Program-made: the position numbers and the translations under genes | Origin: Akkermansiaceae bacterium | Lineage (GTDB): Bacteria > Verrucomicrobiota > Verrucomicrobiia > Verrucomicrobiales > Akkermansiaceae | NCBI GenBank assembly: GCA_051251915.1 | Contig: JBPOGF010000009.1 | Span: 32,001-96,000, forward strand | Length of the DNA stretch: 64,000 nt | Direction of reading: 5' to 3' | Part shown: one piece after another, positions 39,188 through 49,586 of the stretch | Position numbering within the stretch: the first letter of the stretch is position 1 | How the letters are laid out: each line of letters begins with the position of its first letter | Notes under the pieces: generated by a model | Told to the model about the DNA's origin: nothing | Seen by the model: the letters and a program-made list of their open reading frames with translations, nothing else | The model's database searches: none

Positions 39188-39690
39188 ACCTTAACAGCGC
39201 TCCAGTCTAGAGCCTGAGCGTCCTTCGTGGACATAATCGGCACCTCAACCCCCCAAGGCAAATCTAACACAGAGGATAGCGGATTAATACTATGCTCCGC
39301 ATAAGGATGATAAGCCTGATCGGTCAAATAACTCACCATAGCTGTCTCACTATGTACCGAAAATCCATGCGCAAAATTGCTAGGCACAAAAAGCTGATTG
39401 GGTAAATCCTCATCATCACTCGAAAGCTTAAACTTGCTCCACTGACCATAACTAGGAGAATCAGGGTCAACATCCAGAATAATGTCCGTAATACTCCCTT
39501 GCAGCACAGTAACCAATTTATTCTGAGCAAAAGGCAACTGGTAATGAAGCCCTCTTATAGTGTTTTTTACAGAATGAGAAATATTGTGCATCACCCACAA
39601 GCACTGAGGAAACACCTCGTCATAACTCGACTGAAACCAGCCGCGCTCATCTTCATATCTAGGGGAACGCAATGTAATAGGAGAATCCAT
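39184..39690 (-). CDS. rfbC: dTDP-4-dehydrorhamnose 3,5-epimerase
   Basis: DERGWF, IRGLHYQ, QNKLV, FAHGF. Confidence 0.88.
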   Translation of the reverse strand: MDSPITLRSPRYEDERGWFQSSYDEVFPQCLWVMHNISHSVKNTIRGLHYQLPFAQNKLVTVLQGSITDIILDVDPDSPSYGQWSKFKLSSDDEDLPNQLFVPSNFAHGFSVHSETAMVSYLTDQAYHPYAEHSINPLSSVLDLPWGVEVPIMSTKDAQALDWSAVKV

Positions 39691-39692
39691 AG

Positions 39693-40592
39693 TTAAAGGT
39701 GATTGTTAGGGTCTTGTTTGAGCATGAATTTGAGATAATGGCTATAATCAGAATTACCATACGGCTCAATATTTGCCATTATTGTTTCAGCCGTGATCCA
39801 CTTTTTAAGATACGCCACCTCCTCCGGGCAACCTATCTTTAGACCCATCCTGTTCTCAATCGCCTGAATAAAGCCAGAAGCCTCACTGATCGATCTATGA
39901 GTCCCAGTATCAAACCAAGCAAACCCTCGATTCAGTTTCTGCACAGAAAGAGCCTTTTTCTCCATATAAAGACGGTTCAAATCAGTAATTTCTAGCTCTC
40001 CACGAGCAGAAGGCCTGATCGTAGCCGCCATATCAGAAGCGTGCTCATCATAAAAATAAACCCCTGTAACCGCTAACTGCGACTTGGGCTTCTCCGGCTT
40101 CTCCTCGATGGAAACTGGAACCCCATCCTCATCCAGCTCAATCACCCCATAGGCAGCCGGGTTAGTAACATGACATACCAAAAGATGAGCACCTTCCAAC
40201 TGCTGACTAGCCGCCACAAGATGCTGTGTCAAATTATGACCATACAACAAATTATCACCAAGCACCAAACAGCACGGTGAACCATCCAGAAAATCTTTCG
40301 CCAAGATCAAGGCTTCCGCTATCCCCCTAGGTGCTTCCTGCACCTCATACTGAAGCCTTATCCCCCACTGCGAACCATCACCTAACAGATCTTCAAAACT
40401 CTTCTTATGCTGATCCGTAGTGATCACCAGAACCTCTCTGATATCAGCCAGCATCAGCAAGCTAAGTGAATAAAAAATCATCGGCTTATCATGCACAGGA
40501 AGAAGATGTTTCGAGACACCTATAGTCAGCGGATACAATCGTGAACCTGTCCCCCCAGCGAGTAAAATTCCTTTTCTAAATGATTGCTTCAT
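39693..40592 (-). CDS. rfbA: Glucose-1-phosphate thymidylyltransferase
   Basis: GILLAGGTGSRLYPLT, EEKP, ARGELEITD, WFDTGT. Confidence 0.93.
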   Translation of the reverse strand: MKQSFRKGILLAGGTGSRLYPLTIGVSKHLLPVHDKPMIFYSLSLLMLADIREVLVITTDQHKKSFEDLLGDGSQWGIRLQYEVQEAPRGIAEALILAKDFLDGSPCCLVLGDNLLYGHNLTQHLVAASQQLEGAHLLVCHVTNPAAYGVIELDEDGVPVSIEEKPEKPKSQLAVTGVYFYDEHASDMAATIRPSARGELEITDLNRLYMEKKALSVQKLNRGFAWFDTGTHRSISEASGFIQAIENRMGLKIGCPEEVAYLKKWITAETIMANIEPYGNSDYSHYLKFMLKQDPNNHL

Positions 40593-40621
40593 ATTATTTA
40601 TTTTAAAGATCTATTATCCTG

Positions 40622-42463
40622 TCAAAGACCGTGCTCCTGCATCCAAAGTTCCAGAATGGCTAAGCTGAGTAGCTGCTTTATCGGCAAGAATTCGCGAGTT
40701 CGTTCAGCATCCCTACGCAACCGCCCTATCATTTCCATATCAAAAAGTTGACGCCGCTGAAAGCTTTCTGAACCAATCGCACTATCGAGCAACTTCGTGA
40801 TCTGGCCAAAATAAGCTTCAGATTCCGTTGGAAAATAGAATGGTTGCTTACTGCGCTGACAGTGAGCCTCGGGATAATACTTCGCCGCCATCTGTCGCCA
40901 GATAAACTTACCCCTAGTTCCATTTAGCTTAAGCTGATTAGGCAAGTTAAATGCAAATTCAATCAATCGATGATCAAGAAACGGCATTCGGTATTCAACA
41001 GAATGCGCCATACAATTACGCTCCTGACGAATGATCGCCCAGTCTTGCAACCAGCTCTGAAATTGATACATCAGTTGACTTTCTAATAAATCGCCATCAC
41101 CCGTGATCGCCGCTTGCTCGTATGGCTCATGCAGCACCTCCAACTCCACCTTAGAAAATAAACTACGTAACTCCACCCCTTTCTCCGCTTTACTCAGATG
41201 ATGATAACCCGAAAGGTAGCGATTAATTTTACCTTTACCGGAGCCTCCTATATCAGCAGGAAATGCAGAGATCTTATTCAGAAGAAATGCCGGCGTCAAC
41301 TTAATGCCTATCGCAGCCATTTGTCGCCCCAGCACTCCTAGCCTTTCCGCTAGCAACATGATCTTATGAAACGAATAACCACAGAACAACTCATCAACCC
41401 CCTCACCTCCAATCGCCACCCTGCAACCAGCATTATGCGTAGCTCCAGCCAAGCGATCAAATGCCAAAATAAGAGCATCACCAACAGGCAACTCCATCTG
41501 CGAGATCACTCGAGGAAGTGAAGCGAAATCGTCTGGACCTAGTATCACTTTAGTGTGTGGAATAGAGTAATGTTCACAAAGAGCAGCCGCTTCCACCACT
41601 TCATCAGACCGCGCTCCAAACCCCGCAGTAATAGCCGTCACAGGCGTTCCTAGTTGATGAATCTCCGATAACAAAACCGAAGAGTCAACCCCAGCCGAAA
41701 GATGCACAGCAATTGGAACCTCTGAAATAAGCGCAGTACGAATACTAGACTGAGTAAGCTCATAAAGCTGATCGACAGCATCACCCTCTTCCATTTTCTG
41801 AACACGAGGCTCAATACGAAACCATTTCTTAAGCGACTGCCCCTCAGCATTAATAATAAGCGTATGACCTGCAGGTAATATCTGAATTGCCCTGAACAAA
41901 GTGTCAGGCTCCGGAACATACCTCAAAGAAAGATAAGCCGGAATCGCTGAGTGATTAAGTGCTTTAGTAACTCCAACTTTATGCAAACCACGTATCTCAG
42001 ACGAAAAATAAAAACTCCCCTCATGCTGAGAATAGTAAAGCGGTTTTTGTCCACTTCGATCACGCGCTAAAATAAGCTCACCACGTGTATGATCAAATAT
42101 CGCAATAGCAAACATCCCATTCAGCCTCTGCAGGAAATTACCGCCCCATTGCTGATAAGCAGCTGGAATAATTTCAACGTCGCACTGAGTCTGAAATTGA
42201 TACCCAAGAGACTCCAACTCCCTTTTGAGTTCTTTAAAATTATAGATCTCACCATTGCAAACCACTGAAATCTTTCCATCATTAGTATGGAAAGGCTGCT
42301 GCCCATTTGAGACATCCAAAATCGCCAACCTCGTCATCCCCAACGCCGCCAATGGCGTGTGCATATATCCATCACCATCAGGCCCTCGGTGCCGCATCGT
42401 ATCAGCCATCAAGAGAAGCTTGTCCTGCGAGTCTGAGCCATACCATCCGAATATTGCACACAT
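40622..42463 (-). CDS. asnB: Asparagine synthase-like glutamine amidotransferase
   Basis: N-terminal MC, HRGPD, NGEIYN, LSAGVDSS, GEGVDELF, RMPFLD. Confidence 0.85.
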   Translation of the reverse strand: MCAIFGWYGSDSQDKLLLMADTMRHRGPDGDGYMHTPLAALGMTRLAILDVSNGQQPFHTNDGKISVVCNGEIYNFKELKRELESLGYQFQTQCDVEIIPAAYQQWGGNFLQRLNGMFAIAIFDHTRGELILARDRSGQKPLYYSQHEGSFYFSSEIRGLHKVGVTKALNHSAIPAYLSLRYVPEPDTLFRAIQILPAGHTLIINAEGQSLKKWFRIEPRVQKMEEGDAVDQLYELTQSSIRTALISEVPIAVHLSAGVDSSVLLSEIHQLGTPVTAITAGFGARSDEVVEAAALCEHYSIPHTKVILGPDDFASLPRVISQMELPVGDALILAFDRLAGATHNAGCRVAIGGEGVDELFCGYSFHKIMLLAERLGVLGRQMAAIGIKLTPAFLLNKISAFPADIGGSGKGKINRYLSGYHHLSKAEKGVELRSLFSKVELEVLHEPYEQAAITGDGDLLESQLMYQFQSWLQDWAIIRQERNCMAHSVEYRMPFLDHRLIEFAFNLPNQLKLNGTRGKFIWRQMAAKYYPEAHCQRSKQPFYFPTESEAYFGQITKLLDSAIGSESFQRRQLFDMEMIGRLRRDAERTREFLPIKQLLSLAILELWMQEHGL

Positions 42464-42470
42464 AGTAAGA

Positions 42471-43883
42471 TTAGCTGTTAGAGATCAGTAAAGGTTTATT
42501 CAGAACATGCTGAGCGGCATCTTTACCCATCTGCATCGCACTGTGCATCGCAGGGTAAGCGAACCCCCCCTGACGCCCCGTAGAGGTAAGTTTCTCAACA
42601 CTATCCACCCAGTCCATGATGACTTGTAGATGACGATCAAAGCCGTTAGTAAAAATAGGATATCCATGCGCATTCCTCATCAACTTCTTATCCACAATCT
42701 CATCTTCCATACAGATCCCTTCAGCAGCAAGGTCGCCTAATACTTGTTGGTAAAATTCATCTGAACCCTGCCACTTTTCATCACCAACTTCACAGGTGGA
42801 CTCAACAATCAAAATAGTGTGACCACCAGGTATCACCTCCAAACCCGCATTTTTAGGCTCCCCAACACGATGAAAGCAAAGGCTACGATAATAAGTATAA
42901 AGCCCCTCCATACAGCGATCTTTATTAACCAGAAGAGCGAAAATAACAGTAGGCTTGTACCGAAGTCGTGAAACAGCGTGACTAACTTTTTCAGGAGCCT
43001 CAGCCTTGGAAAAATCTACTAAATAATGCAGCGGAGCAGTGTTGATAATATGCTCACCTTGAAAACGCTTCTCTTCGCCATCATGGCTGTAAATCACCTC
43101 CCCGTTACACGGCGATATTTTAGAAATACGTGCCTCTGTTAGAATAGCCCCACCAAGCCTCTCAAATTCCCTAGCAAGCGAACGAGGCAGAGCTTCAGAA
43201 CCTGTCCTAGAGTAATGCAGCGTCTCCGTATCTAGTGCAGACTCTACCACATCAGCTACATCGTTTGCCTTCTGCCTCTTAAAAGACGGGATCAACTTCC
43301 GCAGAACATCCACCGCCGACAAACGAGGCATCTTCCTACGGATAAATTCTGCCGATAGATCCCTCGGATGAATCCCCCAATACTTATGAGTAAATTCTTC
43401 AAAGAAATACTCATACAGAGGAGCCCCATAAAACGCAATCAGAGCAGATTCAGCATTTTCAATATTAGCCTTATGCTTCGCACCCGTGATCTCTGCGATG
43501 ACCAAACCAAGAACACACCGACCCAAAGTAATCGGCGGCATAGCCTTCAGCATATCTTTAAATTGAAGCGGATACCGACAACTCGAATCCCCCCAGCGAA
43601 TACGAGCATCAAGCGCTGCCTCAATCCGCTCTTCCCCCATAAGCTCAGCACAGTCTTCGAAAATCTCCTTATTGAAAGCATGCAACATATGAACTCCAAA
43701 GTCGCAAGTATTCTCACCGAAAGGAAAACCAGCGGCCAAACCACCAACACGTGATTCTTTCTCCAAAATCGTAACTTTTACTCCTCCACGAGCTAACGTG
43801 AGCCCAGCATACAACCCGCAAACACCTGCGCCAATGATGAGCACGGACACCTGAGAATTAGAAATATTTTGACTCACTTGCAC
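42471..43883 (-). CDS. FAD-dependent oxidoreductase (protoporphyrinogen oxidase/UDP-galactopyranose mutase-like)
   Basis: IIGAGVCGL, ILEKESRVGGL, YPIF, TGRQGGF. Confidence 0.8.
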   Translation of the reverse strand: MQVSQNISNSQVSVLIIGAGVCGLYAGLTLARGGVKVTILEKESRVGGLAAGFPFGENTCDFGVHMLHAFNKEIFEDCAELMGEERIEAALDARIRWGDSSCRYPLQFKDMLKAMPPITLGRCVLGLVIAEITGAKHKANIENAESALIAFYGAPLYEYFFEEFTHKYWGIHPRDLSAEFIRRKMPRLSAVDVLRKLIPSFKRQKANDVADVVESALDTETLHYSRTGSEALPRSLAREFERLGGAILTEARISKISPCNGEVIYSHDGEEKRFQGEHIINTAPLHYLVDFSKAEAPEKVSHAVSRLRYKPTVIFALLVNKDRCMEGLYTYYRSLCFHRVGEPKNAGLEVIPGGHTILIVESTCEVGDEKWQGSDEFYQQVLGDLAAEGICMEDEIVDKKLMRNAHGYPIFTNGFDRHLQVIMDWVDSVEKLTSTGRQGGFAYPAMHSAMQMGKDAAQHVLNKPLLISNS

Positions 43884-43885
43884 AC

Positions 43886-45112
43886 TTATAACGAAGGAAG
43901 ATTAGAGGGCTGAAGGTACTGGTCTATCAAACTACGATCCAGCCATTCAATATCGGAATACAACAATGCCTGCCCCATAGTAACATCTCGTTTCAATACA
44001 GGCTTCTCCCCTTCAACTTCTAGCGTCACCACCGGCACTTGACCTCCACTTTTAGAAACCTCAGAAACCATCCCATAAACAACATCACTACCTATCCCCT
44101 CCTCTATAACCGTGCCAGCAGGAAAATCAGCTTTAGCATAAGCATAAACCTCTGTTGCACGACCTGCCCAAGGCTGCAATAACGCCTCATGTTCTATCAC
44201 CGCTTTATATATAGCCTTCGGCGTCTCCAAATGACAGAGGTGATAAGGGCGGTAAAAAAGATAATAATGCCCCTGGTCGCTCTGCTGAAGCTTATAATAA
44301 GTAAGATACGGCAACTGAACTTCAGCCTCACAGCGAGCAATCACATACACCCCTCCCCCAGGCTCAGCTCCAAGAATATAATCGATAACTCCCTCCTTTG
44401 GATACTCACTAAAATCAAACAACTCAAGCGCCTGCTCCACTCGCTCAGCCCTCGGCCCAGTCATACCAGTTTGCGTTGGAAGATAACCTAACGCATTAGC
44501 TATAACCGCCATCTCAATATTCAACTTAGTCCCATCGGTATAAGCACAACACTGAACTGGATTTAGATTCCGAATCGCAGCCTCATGAGCTAGCGACTCC
44601 ACAGTCGCATCTCGCTTAAGAAAGCCTTTTATATTTCCAGCCTGCACAATATCAAACCCCCACAACGTGATTTCCTCTATCATCGTGGCCAAAACCCCGT
44701 GCTGATCCCCAGCATCACTAGAAATGATCACACCATACTCGTCAGCCAGTTGTGCCAAATAAGGCCCAAACGCCAGATCAACCTCAGCATTCATAAGGAT
44801 AACATGCGCCTTACTCTGTATAGCAAGCTCACAGTACCGCAATGCACTCTGAATCGAATTAGTACTTTCCACCAATACATCAACTGGATGTTCTTGCAGT
44901 AAATGCTCAACACTATCACCCGTTACACAATCCGCCGTTGCTGCCGAAGTTTTCTCAGCAGCTATAAGTTTCTTATCAGCTATCCAAGTCAACTCCATAC
45001 CCGGCGTGATACACACTTGATGCGCTATCCCAAACCCCATCGACCCAGCCCCAACCAAACCCACCCTGATAGGAGTATTGGCCTTCTGTAATTTTTTCAG
45101 CGTTCTGATCAT
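43886..45112 (-). CDS. NAD(P)-dependent oxidoreductase (homoserine dehydrogenase-like) with C-terminal SAF domain
   Basis: VGLVGAGSMG, MNAEVD, GDQHG, DGTKLNIEM, YRPYHLCHLE. Confidence 0.8.
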   Translation of the reverse strand: MIRTLKKLQKANTPIRVGLVGAGSMGFGIAHQVCITPGMELTWIADKKLIAAEKTSAATADCVTGDSVEHLLQEHPVDVLVESTNSIQSALRYCELAIQSKAHVILMNAEVDLAFGPYLAQLADEYGVIISSDAGDQHGVLATMIEEITLWGFDIVQAGNIKGFLKRDATVESLAHEAAIRNLNPVQCCAYTDGTKLNIEMAVIANALGYLPTQTGMTGPRAERVEQALELFDFSEYPKEGVIDYILGAEPGGGVYVIARCEAEVQLPYLTYYKLQQSDQGHYYLFYRPYHLCHLETPKAIYKAVIEHEALLQPWAGRATEVYAYAKADFPAGTVIEEGIGSDVVYGMVSEVSKSGGQVPVVTLEVEGEKPVLKRDVTMGQALLYSDIEWLDRSLIDQYLQPSNLPSL

Positions 45113-45242
45113 CGATCCGTTTCAGTCTATAGTTAGTATATTTCTACCCTAGCTTGCGCACAGTCCTGCTACGACTCAAGACGTTTACCCCCATGAATCA
45201 AGACTGAGCGTTTTCAGTAAAACAACAACGTAAAACTAAAAC

Positions 45243-47387
45243 TTAAACTCTCGGACCAAATTTTTCATCCACAATCCGCTGAGGAACTGGCTCAAAGCTC
45301 GCTGGCTCCATCGTAAATGACGCCCTTCCAGAAGACACCGTACGAAGAGCCGTCATGTAACCAAACATCGCAGCCAATGGCACCTGCGCCTTCAGCGTAC
45401 TAATGTCACCTTTATTCTCCATGCCACCTATAAGAGCTCGTCTACGATTCAGATCACCCATGATATCTCCCTGATAATCTGTCGGCGTAGAAATCTCCAC
45501 ATCCATCACAGGCTCCAGAAGCTGAGGACCAGCTTTCTCAAACGCATCACGCACTGCAAAAATAGCAGCCACCTTAAACGCATTATCACTAGAATCCTCC
45601 TCATGAAACTCACCACCTAAAATATCCACATGCACATCAATCACCGGATACCCTCCAACAGCACCATTACTCATGGAACCCTCAATACCCGCAATGACCG
45701 ACTTAATATACTCCTTAGGAATAGTCCCTCCAGTAACCTTATTCTCAATCGTAATCCCCTTCCCTTTATCATTAGGACGCACAGCGATGTCCACCACTGC
45801 ATACTGCCCAGTGCCACCAGTCTGCTTGATCAGCTCACCATGCCCCTTAGCCTCAGAAGAAATAGACTCACGATACGCAATCTGCGGCTTACCCACATTC
45901 GCAGCCACATTAAATTCACGCTTCAAACGATCAATAATAATCTCCAAATGCAACTCACCCATACCAGCAATAATCGTCTGACCAGTATCCACATCAGTCT
46001 TCACCACAAAAGTAGGATCCTCTTCCTGAAGTCGCTCTAGCCCTACAGACATCTTATCAGAGTCAGCCACCGTCTTAGGCTCCACAGCCATAGCAATAAC
46101 AGGCTCAGGGAATGATGGAGGCTCTAACAAAATCTGAAATTTCTTATCACATAAAGTATCACCCGTAGTCACATTCTTAATCCCCACATACGCAGCAATA
46201 TCACCCGCATAAGCAGTCTCTATCTCCTCCGTCTTATCCGCCTGCATCTGGATCAACCTCTGCACACGCTCCTGCTTACCAGTCCGCGGATTATAAACCA
46301 TATCACCCTTAGAAACCGTCCCAGAATACACACGGAAGAAAACCAACTTACCCACAAACTTATCCGCCCAGAGCTTAAACGCCAATGAACAAAACTTCCC
46401 ATTATCATCAGACGGAGCCTCCACAGGAGTATCATCATCCGGTGAAACCATCCCCTTCGCCGCATCCACATCCAGCGGGCTAGGAAGATAATCAATCACC
46501 GCATCGATCAAAAACTGAACCCCCTTATTCTTAAATGCAGACCCACCAGAAACCGGAATGAAATCATTACTAATCGTCACACGACGAATAGCAGATTTCA
46601 AATCAGCCCTAGTGATCTCCTCTTCCATCAAAAACTTCTCACCCAGCTCCTCATCAATGTCCGCAATCTGATCAATAAGATCAAGCCTAGCCTGCTCAGC
46701 TATCTCCACCTGCTCACCCTCCAGCTCCTTTACAGAAAATGTAGAACCACACTTGCTATCATCATGGAAAATAATCGCCTTCTGGTTCACCACATCTATC
46801 TGCCCACGCAGATTCTCCTCAGCCCCAATAGGAATCAAAATCGCCCCAGCATTCGCACCCAACTTCTCACGAACATCATTCAGCACATAATCAAAGTTAG
46901 CCCCAGTCCGATCCATCTTATTCACGAACACAATCCTCGGCACCTTATACTTAGTAGCCTGTCTCCACACCGTCTCCGTCTGCGGCTGCACACCAGCCAC
47001 ACCACAAAACACTACCACCGCACCATCCAGCACACGCAGCGAACGCTCCACCTCAGCCGTGAAATCCACGTGCCCAGGAGTATCAATAATATTCACCCGC
47101 ATCTCCTCCCCCTCATACAACTTCTTCACCCCATCCACAGGAACCTGCTCCCACTTACAAGTAACCGCCGCAGAAGTAATCGTAATCCCCCGCTCCCTCT
47201 CCTGCTCCATGTGATCCGTAGTAGCCGCCCCATCATGCACCTCACCCACACGGTGAATCATCCCAGTATAAAACAAAATTCTCTCAGTAAGCGTAGTCTT
47301 CCCCGCATCAATATGCGCCGCAATCCCAATGTTACGGGTGCGCTCAAGTGGATAAGGACGTTTCGGATGGTTTGGGTTAGCTGACAT
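45243..47387 (-). CDS. fusA: Elongation factor G
   Basis: RNIGIAAHIDAGKTT, RGITI, DTPGH, NKMD, GMGELHL; start MSANP at 47387. Confidence 0.97.
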   Translation of the reverse strand: MSANPNHPKRPYPLERTRNIGIAAHIDAGKTTLTERILFYTGMIHRVGEVHDGAATTDHMEQERERGITITSAAVTCKWEQVPVDGVKKLYEGEEMRVNIIDTPGHVDFTAEVERSLRVLDGAVVVFCGVAGVQPQTETVWRQATKYKVPRIVFVNKMDRTGANFDYVLNDVREKLGANAGAILIPIGAEENLRGQIDVVNQKAIIFHDDSKCGSTFSVKELEGEQVEIAEQARLDLIDQIADIDEELGEKFLMEEEITRADLKSAIRRVTISNDFIPVSGGSAFKNKGVQFLIDAVIDYLPSPLDVDAAKGMVSPDDDTPVEAPSDDNGKFCSLAFKLWADKFVGKLVFFRVYSGTVSKGDMVYNPRTGKQERVQRLIQMQADKTEEIETAYAGDIAAYVGIKNVTTGDTLCDKKFQILLEPPSFPEPVIAMAVEPKTVADSDKMSVGLERLQEEDPTFVVKTDVDTGQTIIAGMGELHLEIIIDRLKREFNVAANVGKPQIAYRESISSEAKGHGELIKQTGGTGQYAVVDIAVRPNDKGKGITIENKVTGGTIPKEYIKSVIAGIEGSMSNGAVGGYPVIDVHVDILGGEFHEEDSSDNAFKVAAIFAVRDAFEKAGPQLLEPVMDVEISTPTDYQGDIMGDLNRRRALIGGMENKGDISTLKAQVPLAAMFGYMTALRTVSSGRASFTMEPASFEPVPQRIVDEKFGPRV

Positions 47388-47451
47388 AGTATCGTTCTGG
47401 TTATTGCTTAATGTGATAGATCGCCAATACAAACTCAACATAGAGCCTAGC

Positions 47452-47493
47452 GGGAGACGCAAAATAGCCAGAAGTAACGATCTGGCAAGCCTC
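47452..47493 (-). promoter_or_regulatory. Putative fusA promoter
   Basis: GGC-TTGCCA-GATCGTTACTTCTGGC-TATTTT-GCGTCTCCC; resembles the rpsL and S10 promoters. Confidence 0.6.
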
Positions 47494-47531
47494 TTTTATC
47501 CTCTTAGAACAAACAATTAAAGTCTCCGATC

Positions 47532-48419
47532 TTATCTAGCTTCCGTCCACTTCTCAGAAGGAACCCAGACAAGATCAGCAACCTCTTTCCGAAGCACAGG
47601 AAGCAGAAACATTGAAATTTCAGCCAAAGCATCCGAGAACTCAAAATGATCAAGCTTTCCTTTGCGGAGAAATGCCGACCATTGCTCCACCTTTTGCGCG
47701 TCTGAGCTAAACTCCGCAGTGAATGGCACCGGAACAGCATCTGAGATAATGGTCGAGCGCCGAGCAAAGGTATTCGTGCACGCTTCCGTGAGATCATTCC
47801 CGCAGAATTCAAGATGCGCCTGCAGCCAGTGCAGATCATAAAAATCCTTCATCCGGCTATTATTGATGCCTAGTGAAACCGCTGCTTCCAATTTTTCAGC
47901 AATGACAGTTTCCATAGGATAAGTCGAAAGGGAAGTGTCCTCATAGTCGAGAAAAGCCGCCCACTTCTGAGAACGGACCGCGGGAGTAATTATGTCGCCG
48001 AAGCCGATATCAAATTGTAGGGGTATCCTCGTCTTGCCGAGCTGACAGGCGATCAGCACCCGCACCCCACCGTAGCTGTTTTCATCACGTATAGCCGCGG
48101 CCCTGATGTTTTCCCAACTCAGGGCATCTTCTTTTTCAGGGGAAAGCTCGCAGATTTCAGTAAAAATCTCTTTCAAAGCCTCCGAGTCATGATCGCCAAA
48201 GCTGAGGAAGTCCGCATCCCGCGTCGGGCGATGTCCCTCAGGCTCCAGAAAGCGGAATAGTTGCGCCCCTTTCAAAATAAAGCGATCCGCGTAGTCACTC
48301 TGCGCCAAGCGCGCAAAGAAACGACTAAGCGCAAATTGCTCCAGCAATGAGGCGTAGCCGACACCAGTCTGGCGACCCTCATTTCTGAGGCGATCTTGAA
48401 GTGAAGCGATTAGGTTCAT
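47532..48419 (-). CDS. abiEii: AbiEii/AbiGii-family nucleotidyltransferase toxin (type IV TA)
   Basis: FILKGA, RPTRDADF, DIGFGD, IAEKLEA, NSRMKDFYD. Confidence 0.9.
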   Translation of the reverse strand: MNLIASLQDRLRNEGRQTGVGYASLLEQFALSRFFARLAQSDYADRFILKGAQLFRFLEPEGHRPTRDADFLSFGDHDSEALKEIFTEICELSPEKEDALSWENIRAAAIRDENSYGGVRVLIACQLGKTRIPLQFDIGFGDIITPAVRSQKWAAFLDYEDTSLSTYPMETVIAEKLEAAVSLGINNSRMKDFYDLHWLQAHLEFCGNDLTEACTNTFARRSTIISDAVPVPFTAEFSSDAQKVEQWSAFLRKGKLDHFEFSDALAEISMFLLPVLRKEVADLVWVPSEKWTEAR

Positions 48420-48431
48420 AGTGTAGTGATA

Positions 48432-49031
48432 TTAGACAAGGGCATCGAGATAGGGACGGATCACGCTCGTAACGCGTTGGACTTTGGCATACTCCATGAT
48501 CTCTGTGGGTTTTACACCGTTTTTGAGGATATCCTTCAGCGCTTCTAGACAGACATCCAGACCCACCCGACTACGATATTTAAAGCAATCTACTACCGTG
48601 CGCGCTGGATTAGTGATCTGGGTCGGAATATTGTTCAATAGATGAGTATCGAAACCTACTGAAAAAGAGCAGGTTACCCTACTACGTACAACTTGTAGCG
48701 CAGGATAACCGATCTTAGGCGTAACTGCGTTCTGCTTCAGAAGAATCCAAACAGCATGAGGTTGCTGGGTTCCAATCTGGTGAAACTGCAGTGCGGAGAG
48801 AAGCGCGATGACCGCGTGTGGCACTCGTGCGGCTACTTCGGAAAGACTCAGATTCTCATCTAGCTCCGCCTCGGGATCATGATAAATTCCACGCGAAAGT
48901 CGAATCAGCTCACCCGCTTTGACCGCTTGGGAAATCACCGTACTGCTGATTCCCGCTTTACGTAGATTTTCCTCACGCAGAAGCTGTGACCCTTGCGCAA
49001 GTCGTTGAAGTTGTGCCCGCTGATTTTCCAT
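48432..49031 (-). CDS. abiEi: AbiEi-family antitoxin/transcriptional regulator
   Basis: LIRLSRGIY, LLSALQFH, PARTVVDCFKYR. Confidence 0.88.
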   Translation of the reverse strand: MENQRAQLQRLAQGSQLLREENLRKAGISSTVISQAVKAGELIRLSRGIYHDPEAELDENLSLSEVAARVPHAVIALLSALQFHQIGTQQPHAVWILLKQNAVTPKIGYPALQVVRSRVTCSFSVGFDTHLLNNIPTQITNPARTVVDCFKYRSRVGLDVCLEALKDILKNGVKPTEIMEYAKVQRVTSVIRPYLDALV

Positions 49032-49036
49032 TTATT

Positions 49037-49079
49037 AGTAACTAAGGTCTAAGTTACTTGTTTTTGGAAATTATTGCAA
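49037..49079 (-). promoter_or_regulatory. abiE promoter with overlapping inverted-repeat operator
   Basis: TTGCAA-17bp-TAACTT; inverted repeat AGTAACT-N8-AGTTACT at 49037-49058. Confidence 0.6.
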
Positions 49080-49358
49080 GTTTAGAATACGTGATTTTTG
49101 TGGGGGTTGCAATCAAGCTCAGGATAAAACACAATCCGAAAGCTACGTCGCCCCTACATCAACATGCGCTGCGATTCCGTGCACTCTAGAGGTTTTTGGG
49201 TGGTTTTAAGTGTATTGGTGAGTGAGCGGAAAAATTAGATAGAGCTACGCATCAAGCAATCACAATTTATAGCCACGCCTTTCTGTCATAATGAGAATGA
49301 CTTTTAGAAGACAATCATTCAGCGTTATACTTAGCTATGTTTTAAATACTTAAGGGTA

Positions 49359-49502
49359 TTAGACTAATTTTGAAATAAAGCGTGCAATTGTGCTGATCGC
49401 TCCAAGCACCTTTGCTAGACTGGTAATAAAATCACGAACTTGAATAAGTTTGCTATATTTTGATTTATTCTGCTTTGGTGTCTCTTCATTGTTTGTTTTC
49501 AT
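49359..49502 (-). CDS. Possible small amphipathic peptide
   Basis: MKTNNEE...LAKVLGAISTIARFISKLV (47 aa). Confidence 0.3.
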   Translation of the reverse strand: MKTNNEETPKQNKSKYSKLIQVRDFITSLAKVLGAISTIARFISKLV

Positions 49503-49586
49503 ACCTATAGTGTTGGTGTGAAATAAAAAGAAATAAAGAGGTTTAAGCTGGTTGCTACGGGTATAAAACACTTGCCCATAGGCGAG

